From: an uncultured Acidimicrobiales bacterium
GTDB taxonomy: Bacteria > Actinomycetota > Acidimicrobiia > Acidimicrobiales > VFJN01
Direction of reading: 5' to 3'
Assembly (NCBI GenBank): GCA_963796415.1
Contig: CAWCLR010000005.1
Coordinates: forward strand, 39,661 to 103,660
Length of the DNA stretch: 64,000 nucleotides
A model generated the notes under the pieces. That model saw only the letters and a list, made by a program, of their open reading frames with translations, searched no databases and was not told the origin of the DNA. Below, piece after piece: positions 28,688 to 38,139 of the stretch (its first letter is position 1; every line of letters starts with the position of its first letter). The translations under genes were made by a program, and so were the position numbers.

Positions 28688-29524
28688 ATGACCCTGGCGG
28701 TGACGGTGGTGTGCCAAGACGGCGTGGTGGTGGCGGCCGACAGCCGCACCACGCTCGGCAACCACCGGATGCTGCGGGTCGGCAGCGACTTCACGCACAA
28801 GGTGTTCGCCCCGGGCGGCGTGGCGGTCGCCACCTACGGCGAGGCGTTCGTCGACGAGCGCAGCATCGCCAGCCACATGGCCGAGTTCGCCGTGGTCGAG
28901 GCCGGCAACTGCGCCCATCCCGGGCCGACGGCGCGCAAGCTGGCCGCCTTCTTCGGCGACCGGTACGACGCCCACCGTGCCGCGCTCGGCGACGACGAGG
29001 GGGCACCGCCGCCGGGGGTGGCGGCCCTCGGGTTCCTCGTGTCGGGCTACGACGACGCCGGCGTCGGCGAGGCGTGGGAGGTCACGCTGCCCGACCGCGC
29101 CGTCGAGCAGATCGCCACCACCGCCAACGGGGGCGGCGCGGCCTGGCGGGGCCAGTCCGACGTGGTCACCCGCATCGTCCGCGGCGCCGACCTCGAGCTG
29201 CTGGTCCGGCTGGCGGCCGTGCACAAGCTCGGCGCCGAGCTGGACGCGGTGATGCCGATGCTCGACGAGTGCAGCTACCGCATCCCGTTCGACTCGATGA
29301 ACCTGCAGGACGGCATCGACTTCGCCGTGCTCTGCATCCGCACCACCATCGACGTGCAGCGGCTCACGCTCGGCCCGCTGGCCACCGCCCCCGAGTTCTC
29401 GTGGCCCGGCGTGGGCGGTCCCATCGAGATCGCCACGGTCACCGCCACGGGCGGCTTCGCGTGGGTGCAGCGCACGTCGGTGCAGGGTGAGCGGCCCGCG
29501 GGCATGGCCGAAGGCCAGGCGTGA
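28688..29524 (+). CDS. Proteasome beta-subunit-like Ntn hydrolase, stand-alone
   Basis: After Met removal: Thr1, AAD17SR19, K37, ATYG, LVSGYD and C-terminal GVGGPIEIATVT, matching the beta-subunit/HslV pattern. Confidence 0.75.
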   Translation: MTLAVTVVCQDGVVVAADSRTTLGNHRMLRVGSDFTHKVFAPGGVAVATYGEAFVDERSIASHMAEFAVVEAGNCAHPGPTARKLAAFFGDRYDAHRAALGDDEGAPPPGVAALGFLVSGYDDAGVGEAWEVTLPDRAVEQIATTANGGGAAWRGQSDVVTRIVRGADLELLVRLAAVHKLGAELDAVMPMLDECSYRIPFDSMNLQDGIDFAVLCIRTTIDVQRLTLGPLATAPEFSWPGVGGPIEIATVTATGGFAWVQRTSVQGERPAGMAEGQA

Positions 29525-29569
29525 GGGTGGTGCGAGCGCGCGTCGGCCGCGGACGGACGAGCCCGCAGG

Positions 29570-29740
29570 TCAGTGGCGGATGACGGCGTTGGCGCGGCCG
29601 CCGGTGGCGGCCAGCGGTCGCTCGTCGCGCGTCACGTAGGTGCACCGCTTGCGGTCGCTGGGCGTGACCCAGACCCGCCACAGGTCGTGCAACTCGAGGT
29701 CGTCGGTCTCACTCATGGTCTCTGCGATCTCCGCGCCCAT
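29570..29740 (-). CDS. Small hypothetical protein (56 aa)
   Basis: MGAEIAETMSETDDLELHDLWRVWVTPSDRKRCTYVTRDERPLAATGGRANAVIRH; nearly all codons end in G/C. Confidence 0.45.
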   Translation of the reverse strand: MGAEIAETMSETDDLELHDLWRVWVTPSDRKRCTYVTRDERPLAATGGRANAVIRH

Positions 29741-29805
29741 GCTCTCAACCCCACGATCTCGACCCGCCGGGCTGTTCGGCGTCCGACGCATCGTACCGCG
29801 CGCGG

Positions 29806-30639
29806 TCAGTCCACCAGCGCGTCTGGCGTGAGGGCGACGATGCCGGTGGCCCCGAGGGCCCGCAGATCCTGGAGGCGGGTCCAGAACGTGCCGGCCTCGG
29901 TGACCAGGTGCACGGCCACGAGGTCGTCGCGGCCGGCGAGCGGCAGCACCGTCGGCGCCGCCAGGCCGGGGAACAGCGCAGCCAGGTCCCCGACGCGGGC
30001 GGGGTCGACGTGCAGCATCACGTAGCGGTGGCGGCGGGCGGCGAGCACGGCGCCGATGCGCACCGCCAGATCGTCGAGGTCGGGGTCGCCGTCGTGGACG
30101 AACAGCGCCTCGCACGCCGCGATCTCGGCCAGAGCCCGCAGGCGGTTCTCGGCCAGGCTGCGCCCCGTCTCGCGCAGGTCGACGATGGCGTCGGCCATGC
30201 CGGCCGCGCACACGCCCTCGAGCGCGCCGCCCATCGTCACGACCGTGACGTCGATGCCCTGCTCGGCGAACCACCGGGCGGTCGCCCGCGGCAGGTGGGT
30301 GGCGATCACGCCGCCGGCGAGGTCGGCGGCGGACGCCCGACCGTCGTCCTCGCGGCTCGCCACGACGAGCATCGAGCGGGCGGCACCGAGCGGCACCTGG
30401 ACGAGGGCGCCGAGGTCCTCCTCGAGCACGAGGTCGGTCGACAGGAAGGCGCCGTCGAGCCGGCCGGCGCGCAGCCAGGCGGCCGCGTCGCGGGGCCGCA
30501 TCTCGATGAGCTCGACGCCGTCGACCCGGGCCCGGGCGCCACCTCGGAACCCTCCGGCCGGGAAGCCGGCGTCGGCCAGCAGGGTGGTCACGAAGTCGCG
30601 CAGCCGCCCGCGTGACGGGACCGCGACGACTGTCGTCAT
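29806..30639 (-). CDS. hisG: ATP phosphoribosyltransferase, long form
   Basis: VAVPSRGRL, MRPRD, IATHLP, GALE, ADAIVDLRETGRSL, C-terminal regulatory domain PGLAAPTVLPL; coupled to hisE. Confidence 0.85.
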   Translation of the reverse strand: MTTVVAVPSRGRLRDFVTTLLADAGFPAGGFRGGARARVDGVELIEMRPRDAAAWLRAGRLDGAFLSTDLVLEEDLGALVQVPLGAARSMLVVASREDDGRASAADLAGGVIATHLPRATARWFAEQGIDVTVVTMGGALEGVCAAGMADAIVDLRETGRSLAENRLRALAEIAACEALFVHDGDPDLDDLAVRIGAVLAARRHRYVMLHVDPARVGDLAALFPGLAAPTVLPLAGRDDLVAVHLVTEAGTFWTRLQDLRALGATGIVALTPDALVD

Positions 30640-30986
30640 GACGCCCGCCGGTCGAGCTCGGCCAGCACGTCGGCGAACGGCACCTCGGCGTCGACCAGCC
30701 CCACCACCAGGTGGAACACGAGGTCGGCGGCCTCGGAGGCCAGGCGGTCGCGGGACCGGGGCGTGCGCCCCAGCTCCAGGCAGGTCTCGAACGCCTCCTC
30801 CATCACCTTGCGCTGCACCAGCTCGGGGTCGGCGAACAGCCGGGCCGAGTACGACCCCTCGGGGCGCTCGGCCCGCCGGTTGCGCAGCACGGCCTCGAGC
30901 CGGGCGATGACGTCGTCGGGGTTCGTCGGGTTGTTCGGGATGTTCGGGATGTTCGGGATGTTCGGGCGCGGGTGGGTCTCGTCCAC
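30636..30986 (-). CDS. hisE: Phosphoribosyl-ATP pyrophosphatase
   Basis: RPEGSYSARLF, KVMEEAFE, EAADLVFHL; SD GGAGG before GTG 30986. Confidence 0.9.
   Translation of the reverse strand: MDETHPRPNIPNIPNIPNNPTNPDDVIARLEAVLRNRRAERPEGSYSARLFADPELVQRKVMEEAFETCLELGRTPRSRDRLASEAADLVFHLVVGLVDAEVPFADVLAELDRRAS
30933..30966. repeat. 9-bp tandem repeat (GTTCGGGAT)n in the hisE 5' end
   Basis: GTTCGGGAT x3 plus partial units; encodes PNIPNIPNIPNN. Confidence 0.85.
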
Positions 30987-31000
30987 GGTGTCCTCCACAG

Positions 31001-32293
31001 TCACAGGTAGCCGAGGGCGCGGCCCTCGGCCGTCAGCTCCTCGCGGAAGTCGGGGTGGGCGATCGAGATCAGCGCCCGCGCCCGCTCGGAGATCGAGCGC
31101 CCGCGCATCTCGGCCACGCCGTACTCGGTGACGATCTGGTCGACCGTGTTCTTGATCGTGGTCACCATCGACCCCCTCGTCAACGCCCCGCGGATGCGGG
31201 ACACGCTGCCGCCGCGCGCCGTCGACGGCAGCACGACGAAGGCCCGCCCGTGTGGCGAGAACATGGCGCCGCGGGCGAAGTCGGCCTGGCCCCCGCTCGA
31301 CGACCAGTACCGCCCCGCCACGGTCTCGGAGGCGCACTGGCCCACCAGGTCGACCTCGGTGGTGGCGTTGATCGAGACGAAGCAGTCCTCCTGGCCGATG
31401 ATGCGCGGGTCGTTCACGTAGTCGACCGGCAGCATCTCGATCGCCGGGTTCTGGTCGAGGAAGTCGTAGAGCGCGGCGGTGCCGAGGGCGAAGGTGGCCA
31501 CGATCTTGCCGGTGCGCAGGCGCTTGCGGGTGCCGGTGACGACGCCGCGGTCGACGAGGTCGATCAGGCCGTCCGACAGCAGCTCGGTGTGGACGCCGAG
31601 GTCGCGGTGGTCCCGGAGCTGCTCGAGCAGGGCGTTGGGGATGCTGCCGATGCCCGCCTGCAGGGTGGCGCCGTCGGGCACCCGCTCGGCCACGTGGGCG
31701 GCGATGGCGTGGTCGACCTCGCCGGCCCCGACCGGCTCGACCTCGACAAGGGGACGGTCGACCTCGGTCCACCCGACGACCTGGCTGACGTGGATCTGGT
31801 TGCGCCCGAACGTGCGGGGCATGCGGGCGTTGACCTCGAGGAAGAACGGAACCCGGCCGATGAACGGCGCGGCGTAGTCGCAGTTGGTGCCGAGCGAGAA
31901 GTAGCCGTGGCGGTCCATCGGCGCGGCGGCGGCCGCCACGAGCGAGCACCGGGTGGTCTCGCGCAGCAGCCGGGGCACCTCGCTGAAGTGGTTGGGCACC
32001 AGCTCGCAGCCGCCCTCGTAGAACGCGGGGCGGGTCACGTGGGACAGGAAGTACGACACGTGCAGCAGCGCGTCGCGGAGCGTGCCGTAGAGGTACGGCC
32101 GGTCGTACAGTGCGTGCATCTGGTGGACGCGCACGCCGCGGAACCGGCCGGCGGCGGCCCCGGCCTCGAGCGCGTCGATCACGCTCACGGGCTCGCCGTT
32201 GGCCAGCGGCACGATGACGTCGGCGCCGTCGTCGACGTGGTCGAGCACGGCCTCGGCCGGCACCGCGCCGGCCGTGCCGCGCTCGGGGGACAT
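31001..32293 (-). CDS. Acetyl-CoA hydrolase / 4-hydroxybutyrate CoA-transferase family
   Basis: PMDRHGYFSLG, DGATLQAGIGSIPNA, HTELLSDG, SINATTEVDL.GQ, SGGQADFARGA, VTEYGVAE. Confidence 0.92.
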   Translation of the reverse strand: MSPERGTAGAVPAEAVLDHVDDGADVIVPLANGEPVSVIDALEAGAAAGRFRGVRVHQMHALYDRPYLYGTLRDALLHVSYFLSHVTRPAFYEGGCELVPNHFSEVPRLLRETTRCSLVAAAAAPMDRHGYFSLGTNCDYAAPFIGRVPFFLEVNARMPRTFGRNQIHVSQVVGWTEVDRPLVEVEPVGAGEVDHAIAAHVAERVPDGATLQAGIGSIPNALLEQLRDHRDLGVHTELLSDGLIDLVDRGVVTGTRKRLRTGKIVATFALGTAALYDFLDQNPAIEMLPVDYVNDPRIIGQEDCFVSINATTEVDLVGQCASETVAGRYWSSSGGQADFARGAMFSPHGRAFVVLPSTARGGSVSRIRGALTRGSMVTTIKNTVDQIVTEYGVAEMRGRSISERARALISIAHPDFREELTAEGRALGYL

Positions 32294-32366
32294 GCCGATG
32301 TTGTACCGCGCCGAACGCGGCTCTCCGCGTGCATGACGCCCGGCGATCGTGGGTACGCGACCACCC

Positions 32367-32660
32367 ATGAGGTTCAAACTCGGATTCGCCGCAGGGCTCG
32401 CCGCCGGCTGGTGGCTCGGCTCCACGCCCGCCGACGAGCGCCGCGCCACGCTGGACCGGATGTGGTCGGGCGTGCGGGACAACCCGCGCGTGCAGCGGCT
32501 GACCGACACGGTCAGCACCGACGCTCGCCGGTTGGGTGACGCCGTCGAGCAGCGCTTCGTCGACACGACCGACACCGCGGTGAACGCGGTGGCCGGCACG
32601 GTCGAGCCGGACGACGAGAGCGGCAAGTCGTCGGCCGGCAGCGGCCGCAAGTCGGCGTAG
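32367..32660 (+). CDS. Small conserved actinobacterial membrane-anchored protein
   Basis: MRFKLGFAAGLAAGWWLG N-terminal anchor; 97 aa. Confidence 0.65.
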   Translation: MRFKLGFAAGLAAGWWLGSTPADERRATLDRMWSGVRDNPRVQRLTDTVSTDARRLGDAVEQRFVDTTDTAVNAVAGTVEPDDESGKSSAGSGRKSA

Positions 32661-32709
32661 CAGCACACAACGACTACCCGACCCGCCCCGACTCCGCGAG
32701 CATCGCGGG

Positions 32710-34416
32710 ATGCGCACACGGGCCGGGCCCGATCACGAGCCGACCGGGGACGGCGCCTCGCAACGGGGCGAGCCGGCGCCCCCCGGTTGGCTCGCGCCCG
32801 TCCGCCGCGGCGTCCGGGCTGCCTGGGCGGCGGTGCGCCGGGCCGCCCGGGTCGTGGCCGCCGCCGCGGCCCGCGTCCAACGGCGCGCTCCCTGGCTGCG
32901 CGTCGCGCTGTTCGCCCTCGCCGGCGCCGCGCTGGCCATCGCCCTGTTCGGGCGTGTGCCCGCCAAGGTGGGCCCGTTCGAGACGACGATGGCGGTCCGC
33001 CCCTCGCTGAACGGGCACACGGTCGTCCACCTCGCGCCGCTCGGCACCATCGACCTCGACACCCACGACTGGCCCGTCGCCCTCGACCTGCGCGTCGACG
33101 AGATCGCGGTGGCCGACGCCGAGCGCATCGCCGACAACCCCTCCCAGCTCGACACGCTGGGTGACGACGCGGCCGACGAGGTGCGGTCGGCGCTGGTGGG
33201 CCTGGCGGTGCGCACCCTGATCGTGGGCCTGCTCGGCGGCGTCGCCGGTGCCCTCGTCGCCCGCCTGGCGTGGCGGACCGCGCTCGGCGGCGCCGCGGTC
33301 GGCGCACTGCTGGTGGCCGCACTGGGCCTCGGATCGTGGGCCACGTTCCGGGCGGACGCGGTGGCCGAGCCCCGCTACACGGGCCTCCTCACCCGGGCGC
33401 CCGCCGCGGTGGGCGACATCGACCGGGTGCTCGACCGCTTCGGTGAGTACCGCGAGCAGCTCTCCGACCTGGTCGACAACATGGCCACGCTCTACCTGGC
33501 GGGCTCCGAGCTGCCGGTGTTCGAGATCGACAGCCGGCTGATCCGGGTGCTGCACGTGAGTGACGTGCACCTCAACCCGCAGGCGTTCGACCTCATGGAG
33601 CGCCTCATCGAGCAGTTCGAGGTGGACGCGGTCGCCGACACCGGCGACATCACCGACTGGGGGACCGACCCCGAGGCCCAGCTCGTGGCCCGCATCGGCC
33701 AGCTCGGCGTGCCGTACGTGTACGTGCGGGGGAACCACGACTCGAGCAACACCCAGGACGCGGTTGCCGACCAGCCCAACGCGGTGGTGCTCGACGGCGA
33801 CGGGGCGACGGTGGCGGGGCTGCGCTTCTGGGGCATCGGCGACCCCCGCTACACGCCCGACAAGAGCCAGCAGGGCGAGGGCACCGAGCAGGAGCGGGCC
33901 TCGGCCTTCGCCCCCGACGTGGCCGAGAGGCTGGTCGACGACGAGCCGCCCCCGGTCGACGTCGCCCTCGTCCACGACCGGCGGATGGCCGAGGACCTGG
34001 GCGGGCTGGTGCCGCTGGTGCTGGCCGGGCACGGGCACGAGCCCGACGAGGGGCTCATCGAGCCGCCCGACCCCGAGGAGGGCACCGACGACACGGGCGA
34101 TGCCGACGACACCGGCGACGGCACGACGACGACAGCCGAGCCGACCACGACCAGCGTGCCGACCGAGGCGGCGGAGGACACCCTGCTCCTGGTCGAGGGC
34201 TCGACCGGCGGCGCCGGCCTGCGTGGCCTCCAGGGCGACGAGCCCGAGCCGCTCACGGCGTCGATCCTGTACTTCGACCCCGACACCCGCCGGCTGGTCG
34301 CCTACGACCGCCTGTCGGTGGCGTGGCTGGAGGACGCGGGCGCCACGATCCAGCGCCACATCGTCGGGCAGGAGGAGCCGACTCCCGAGCCCCAGGGTCC
34401 CGTGACGACCCCGTAG
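32710..34416 (+). CDS. Membrane-anchored metallophosphoesterase
   Basis: TM helices then SDVH, DTGD, GNHD, VHD, AGHGH; acidic Thr-rich insertion near the C-terminus. Confidence 0.85.
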   Translation: MRTRAGPDHEPTGDGASQRGEPAPPGWLAPVRRGVRAAWAAVRRAARVVAAAAARVQRRAPWLRVALFALAGAALAIALFGRVPAKVGPFETTMAVRPSLNGHTVVHLAPLGTIDLDTHDWPVALDLRVDEIAVADAERIADNPSQLDTLGDDAADEVRSALVGLAVRTLIVGLLGGVAGALVARLAWRTALGGAAVGALLVAALGLGSWATFRADAVAEPRYTGLLTRAPAAVGDIDRVLDRFGEYREQLSDLVDNMATLYLAGSELPVFEIDSRLIRVLHVSDVHLNPQAFDLMERLIEQFEVDAVADTGDITDWGTDPEAQLVARIGQLGVPYVYVRGNHDSSNTQDAVADQPNAVVLDGDGATVAGLRFWGIGDPRYTPDKSQQGEGTEQERASAFAPDVAERLVDDEPPPVDVALVHDRRMAEDLGGLVPLVLAGHGHEPDEGLIEPPDPEEGTDDTGDADDTGDGTTTTAEPTTTSVPTEAAEDTLLLVEGSTGGAGLRGLQGDEPEPLTASILYFDPDTRRLVAYDRLSVAWLEDAGATIQRHIVGQEEPTPEPQGPVTTP

Positions 34417-34426
34417 GGTCGGTGCG

Positions 34427-35272
34427 ATGAGCGCCGCCCGGGTGATCGTGGTGTCCGACAGCCACCTCTCGGCGCGTACGCCCGAGGCCACGGCCCACTG
34501 GGACGCGCTGGTGGAGCACGTGGCGGCCGCGGCCCCCGACCTGGTCGTCCACGCCGGGGACATCTCGACCGACGGCGAGGTCGTTCCCGAGGACCTCGCG
34601 TACGCCCGCACCCAGCTGGACCGGATCGCGGCGCCCCTGGCCGTCCTGCCGGGCAACCACGACATCGGCGACGGCGCGGCGTGGACCTACGACGGCGCCG
34701 CGGTGGTCGGCGCCGAGACGCTCGGGCGGTACCGCGCCGCGTTCGGCCTCGACCGGTTCTCGGTCGAGGTGGGCACGTGGCGGCTGCTGGGCGTCAACGC
34801 CCAGCTGTTCGGGTCCGGCGAGCCCGAGGAGGACGAGCACTGGGCCTGGCTCGGCGACGAGATCGGTCGTGTGGCGCCGGGCACGCCGGTCGGCCTCGTC
34901 CTCCACAAGCCGCTGGTGCCCCCCGACGGGGACCGCGACCGGCCGGCCCGCTACGTCCCCGAGCCCGCCCGCCGCCGGCTGCTCGCGCTGCTGGCCGCCG
35001 TCGACACCCGCCTGGTGGTGTCGGGGCACATCCACCAGGCGCTGCGCCGCGATCGGGACGGCGTGGCCCATGTGTGGGCGCCGTCGAGCTGGGCGGTCCT
35101 GCCCGACCGCATCCAGTCGCCGATCGGCGCCAAGTGGGTCGGCGCGACCGGGCTGGCGCTGCACGACGACGGCCGGGTCGACGTCAGCGACATCCGGCTG
35201 CCGGGCGTCGACGACGTCGTGATCGGCGACGACGTGCCGTCGCCCTACGGCGAGATCCCGCCCCTGGATTGA
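34427..35272 (+). CDS. Metallophosphoesterase (Icc/CpdA-like)
   Basis: SDSH, HAGD, PGNHD, LHKP, SGHIH. Confidence 0.9.
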   Translation: MSAARVIVVSDSHLSARTPEATAHWDALVEHVAAAAPDLVVHAGDISTDGEVVPEDLAYARTQLDRIAAPLAVLPGNHDIGDGAAWTYDGAAVVGAETLGRYRAAFGLDRFSVEVGTWRLLGVNAQLFGSGEPEEDEHWAWLGDEIGRVAPGTPVGLVLHKPLVPPDGDRDRPARYVPEPARRRLLALLAAVDTRLVVSGHIHQALRRDRDGVAHVWAPSSWAVLPDRIQSPIGAKWVGATGLALHDDGRVDVSDIRLPGVDDVVIGDDVPSPYGEIPPLD

Positions 35273-35364
35273 CCGGCCGAGCAGGCAGGGCCCGCCGCCA
35301 GCCCACGCGTGGGCATTTGGCGGTCGGTGAGCAGCTCGACAGCGAGGTCGGCAGGGAGCACGAC

Positions 35365-36213
35365 TCAGACCGCGTGGCGGTGGCGGGCGAGGCGCACGGC
35401 CTTCGTCGCCTCGTGCGCGGCCAGCACGACGAAGAACTCGGCCACCGCCAGCCCGGCGATGGTGGCGCCCCCGGCGGTGTCGTGGTGGTAGCTGATCGTC
35501 AGCCCGGCCACGACGGCCAGGGCCCCGAGCACCACCGCGGTGACCATGATCAGCGGCACGCGCCGCACGAGCAGGCTGGCCGTGGCCGGCGGCCCGATGA
35601 GCAGGCCGAACACAAGCAGCGTGCCGATGGCCTGGAACGAGGCCACGATCGAGGTGGCGAGGAGCACCATCAGCGCCACGTGGGTGAGCGTCGGGCGCAG
35701 GCCGAGCGTGGCCGCCTTGTCGGCGTTGAACGCCAGCGCCAGGAACGGGCGGTACAGCACGACCGACGCCACCACCACGACGGCAGCGCCGACGGCCTGG
35801 CCGCGGAGGTCGCCCGTGGTGACGCCCAGCACGTCGCCGAACAGCACCGACGTCACGTCGGTGGAGAAGCTGTCGGAGCGCGAGATGATCACCACGCCCA
35901 GGGCGAGCATGCCGACGAACAGCAGGCCGATGCCCGTGTCCTCCCGCACGCGGGCGCGCCGGCTGACGAGGGTCACCGCCCCGCTCATCACAAGGGCGGC
36001 GACGAACGCGCCGACGATCGGGCTGAACCCCCAGAGGATGGCGAGGGCCAGGCCCGGAATGACGCCGTGGGCCAGGGCGTCGCCGAGGAACGTCAGCCCG
36101 CGCAGCACGACCCACGTGCCGACGACGGCGGTGGCGGCGCTCGCCAGCAGCCCGGCCAGCAGCGCCCGCTGCATGAACTCGGGCTCGAACGCCTCGGTGA
36201 ACCACTCGATCAT
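35365..36213 (-). CDS. Zn/Mn ABC transporter permease
   Basis: FMQRALLAG, GDALAHGVIPG, DTGIG, LFGDVLG, IGPPATA. Confidence 0.92.
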   Translation of the reverse strand: MIEWFTEAFEPEFMQRALLAGLLASAATAVVGTWVVLRGLTFLGDALAHGVIPGLALAILWGFSPIVGAFVAALVMSGAVTLVSRRARVREDTGIGLLFVGMLALGVVIISRSDSFSTDVTSVLFGDVLGVTTGDLRGQAVGAAVVVVASVVLYRPFLALAFNADKAATLGLRPTLTHVALMVLLATSIVASFQAIGTLLVFGLLIGPPATASLLVRRVPLIMVTAVVLGALAVVAGLTISYHHDTAGGATIAGLAVAEFFVVLAAHEATKAVRLARHRHAV

Positions 36214-36252
36214 CGGCCTGAACGCTACCGACGCGACGCCCTGGGCCCGGCT

Positions 36253-37233
36253 CTACGCCGGGGCCAGGGCCTCGGCGATGCGGGCGGCGTTGGTCCGCAT
36301 CATGCCGGCGTAGGTGTCGGCACCCGAGCCCGGCTCACCGAGCGACTCGCTGTACAGCGCGACCACGGCGATGTCGCCCCCGACCTCGCTGGCCAGGGTG
36401 TCGGCGAGGTCCTCGGGCGACGACGTGTCGGCGAAGATGGCGGGCACCCCCTGGGCGGCGATCGTGGCCGCCAGGGCGTCGATGTCGCCCGCGCTGGCCG
36501 AGGCCTGCGTGGTGGTCGCAGGGATCACCGCCCCGACGACCTCGAAGCCGTAGCGGTCGGCGAAGTAGGCGAACACGTCGTGGTTGGTCACGAGCTTGCG
36601 GCGCTCGGGCGGGACGACCGCCAGGGTCGCCTCGACCTCGGCGTCGAGCGCCCGCAGCTCGGCGACGTAGGCCGCCGCCCGGTCGCGGAACGCGGCGGTG
36701 TCGAGGGCGGGCACCTCGTCGGCCAGGAACCCGGACAGCTCCTCGGCGGCGGTGGCCATGCGGGCGGGGTCGTTGAAGAAGTGGGGGTCGACGCCCTCGT
36801 GGGCCTCCTCACCCTCGCCCTCCTCGTCCGCGTGCTCGTCCTCCTCCGCTGGGGCGTCCTCGGACATCTGGAGGGTGGCGACGTGGTCGATCGCCTCGAA
36901 CACGACGGTGCCATCCTCCTCGGCGCCGTGGATGGTCTCCTCGAGCCCGGCCTCGAAGCCGGCGCCGTTGGCCACCACCACGTCGGCCTCGCGCAGGTCG
37001 GCGGCGTCGCGGGCCGACAGCTGGAACTCGTGGGGATCGACGTTCGCCGGCATGACGACGTCGACGGTCGCCAGGTCGCCGGTCATCTCGGACACGACGT
37101 CGCCGAGGACGGACGTCGTCACCGCGATCGTGGGCGTGTCGGCGGAGCCGGCGTCGGCCGCACCGTCGTCGCCGCAGGCGGTGGCGAGCACGCCGACGAT
37201 CACGGCTGCGGCGATCAGGGGATGGCGGCGCAT
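36253..37233 (-). CDS. Zn/Mn ABC transporter substrate-binding lipoprotein
   Basis: Lipobox LATAC, DPHEF, His/acid-rich loop, DPHFF, TNHD, LYSESL. Confidence 0.92.
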   Translation of the reverse strand: MRRHPLIAAAVIVGVLATACGDDGAADAGSADTPTIAVTTSVLGDVVSEMTGDLATVDVVMPANVDPHEFQLSARDAADLREADVVVANGAGFEAGLEETIHGAEEDGTVVFEAIDHVATLQMSEDAPAEEDEHADEEGEGEEAHEGVDPHFFNDPARMATAAEELSGFLADEVPALDTAAFRDRAAAYVAELRALDAEVEATLAVVPPERRKLVTNHDVFAYFADRYGFEVVGAVIPATTTQASASAGDIDALAATIAAQGVPAIFADTSSPEDLADTLASEVGGDIAVVALYSESLGEPGSGADTYAGMMRTNAARIAEALAPA

Positions 37234-37295
37234 GGCGGACCTCGTAGCATTCGGGGTGGAGCGAGACGGGAGTGAGAACCGATCTCGCTCCGTAA

Positions 37296-37320
37296 GCTAA
37301 TGAGATCGATTCTCATTAGC
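37296..37320. promoter_or_regulatory. Zur/Fur-type operator in the divergent promoter
   Basis: Perfect dyad GCTAATGAGA-TCGAT-TCTCATTAGC; weaker second site GTGAGAACCGATCTC near 37272. Confidence 0.8.
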
Positions 37321-37338
37321 AACCAGACAGGCGCGCCG

Positions 37339-38139
37339 ATGGCAACCCAGACGATCCCCACCGAGCCGACGACGGCCGTCGACGCGGCCATTGCGACCGA
37401 CCTCCTGCTCGCCTACGGGTCACGGGCGGCGCTGTCGGACGCGACGTTCTCCCTCCCCGCCGGGCGCACCGTCGCGCTGATCGGCCCCAACGGGTCGGGC
37501 AAGTCGACGCTGCTGCGGGCGCTGGCCGGGCTGCTCGAGCCCCGATCCGGCCGCCTCGAGGTCCCGGCCCGCCAGCGGCGCGGCGCCGTCGCGCTCGTGC
37601 TGCAGACCACCGACGTCGACCGCACGCTGCCCGTCACGGTCCGAGAGACCGTGACGATGGCCCGCTACGCCCTGCGCGGTGCCTTCGCCCGCCTGCGGGA
37701 GGACGACCGGGCCGCGGTCGACGCCGCGCTCGCCCGCATGGACGTCGCCGACCTCGCCGGCCGCCAGCTCCACGAGCTGTCCGGCGGCCAGCGCCAGCGG
37801 GTCCTGGTGGCCCAGGGCCTCGCCCAGCAGGCCGACCTGCTCCTGCTGGACGAGCCGGTCACCGGCCTCGACGTGGTGTCGCGCGAGCTCATCCTCGAGG
37901 CGGTGTCCGCCGAGCGGGCCGCCGGCCGCACTGTCGTGGTGTCGACCCACGACCTCGCTGACGCCCGGCGCGCCGATGTCGTCATGCTGCTCGCCAACCG
38001 GGTCGTCGCCTTCGGGCCGCCCGACGAGGTGCTGACCGACGGGCCGCTGTCCGCGGCCTACGGGGGTCGGGTCCTTCGTGTGCCCGAGGGCGTGATGGTG
38101 ATGGACGATCCGTGTCACGACCACGGCGACCATGGTTAG
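37339..38139 (+). CDS. Zn/Mn ABC transporter ATP-binding protein
   Basis: GPNGSGKS, LSGGQRQR, LLLDEP, STHD; C-terminal PCHDHGDHG. Confidence 0.95.
   Translation: MATQTIPTEPTTAVDAAIATDLLLAYGSRAALSDATFSLPAGRTVALIGPNGSGKSTLLRALAGLLEPRSGRLEVPARQRRGAVALVLQTTDVDRTLPVTVRETVTMARYALRGAFARLREDDRAAVDAALARMDVADLAGRQLHELSGGQRQRVLVAQGLAQQADLLLLDEPVTGLDVVSRELILEAVSAERAAGRTVVVSTHDLADARRADVVMLLANRVVAFGPPDEVLTDGPLSAAYGGRVLRVPEGVMVMDDPCHDHGDHG

Noticed and set aside
30933-30966. Tandem repeat as a regulatory or phase-variation tract
   Set aside because: The 9-bp unit keeps the frame, so it cannot switch the gene off; kept only as a possible VNTR
30636-32717. 693-aa ORF ending in HisE
   Set aside because: Only the last ~116 codons are HisE-like; the rest shadows the CoA-transferase; SD GGAGG supports the start at 30986
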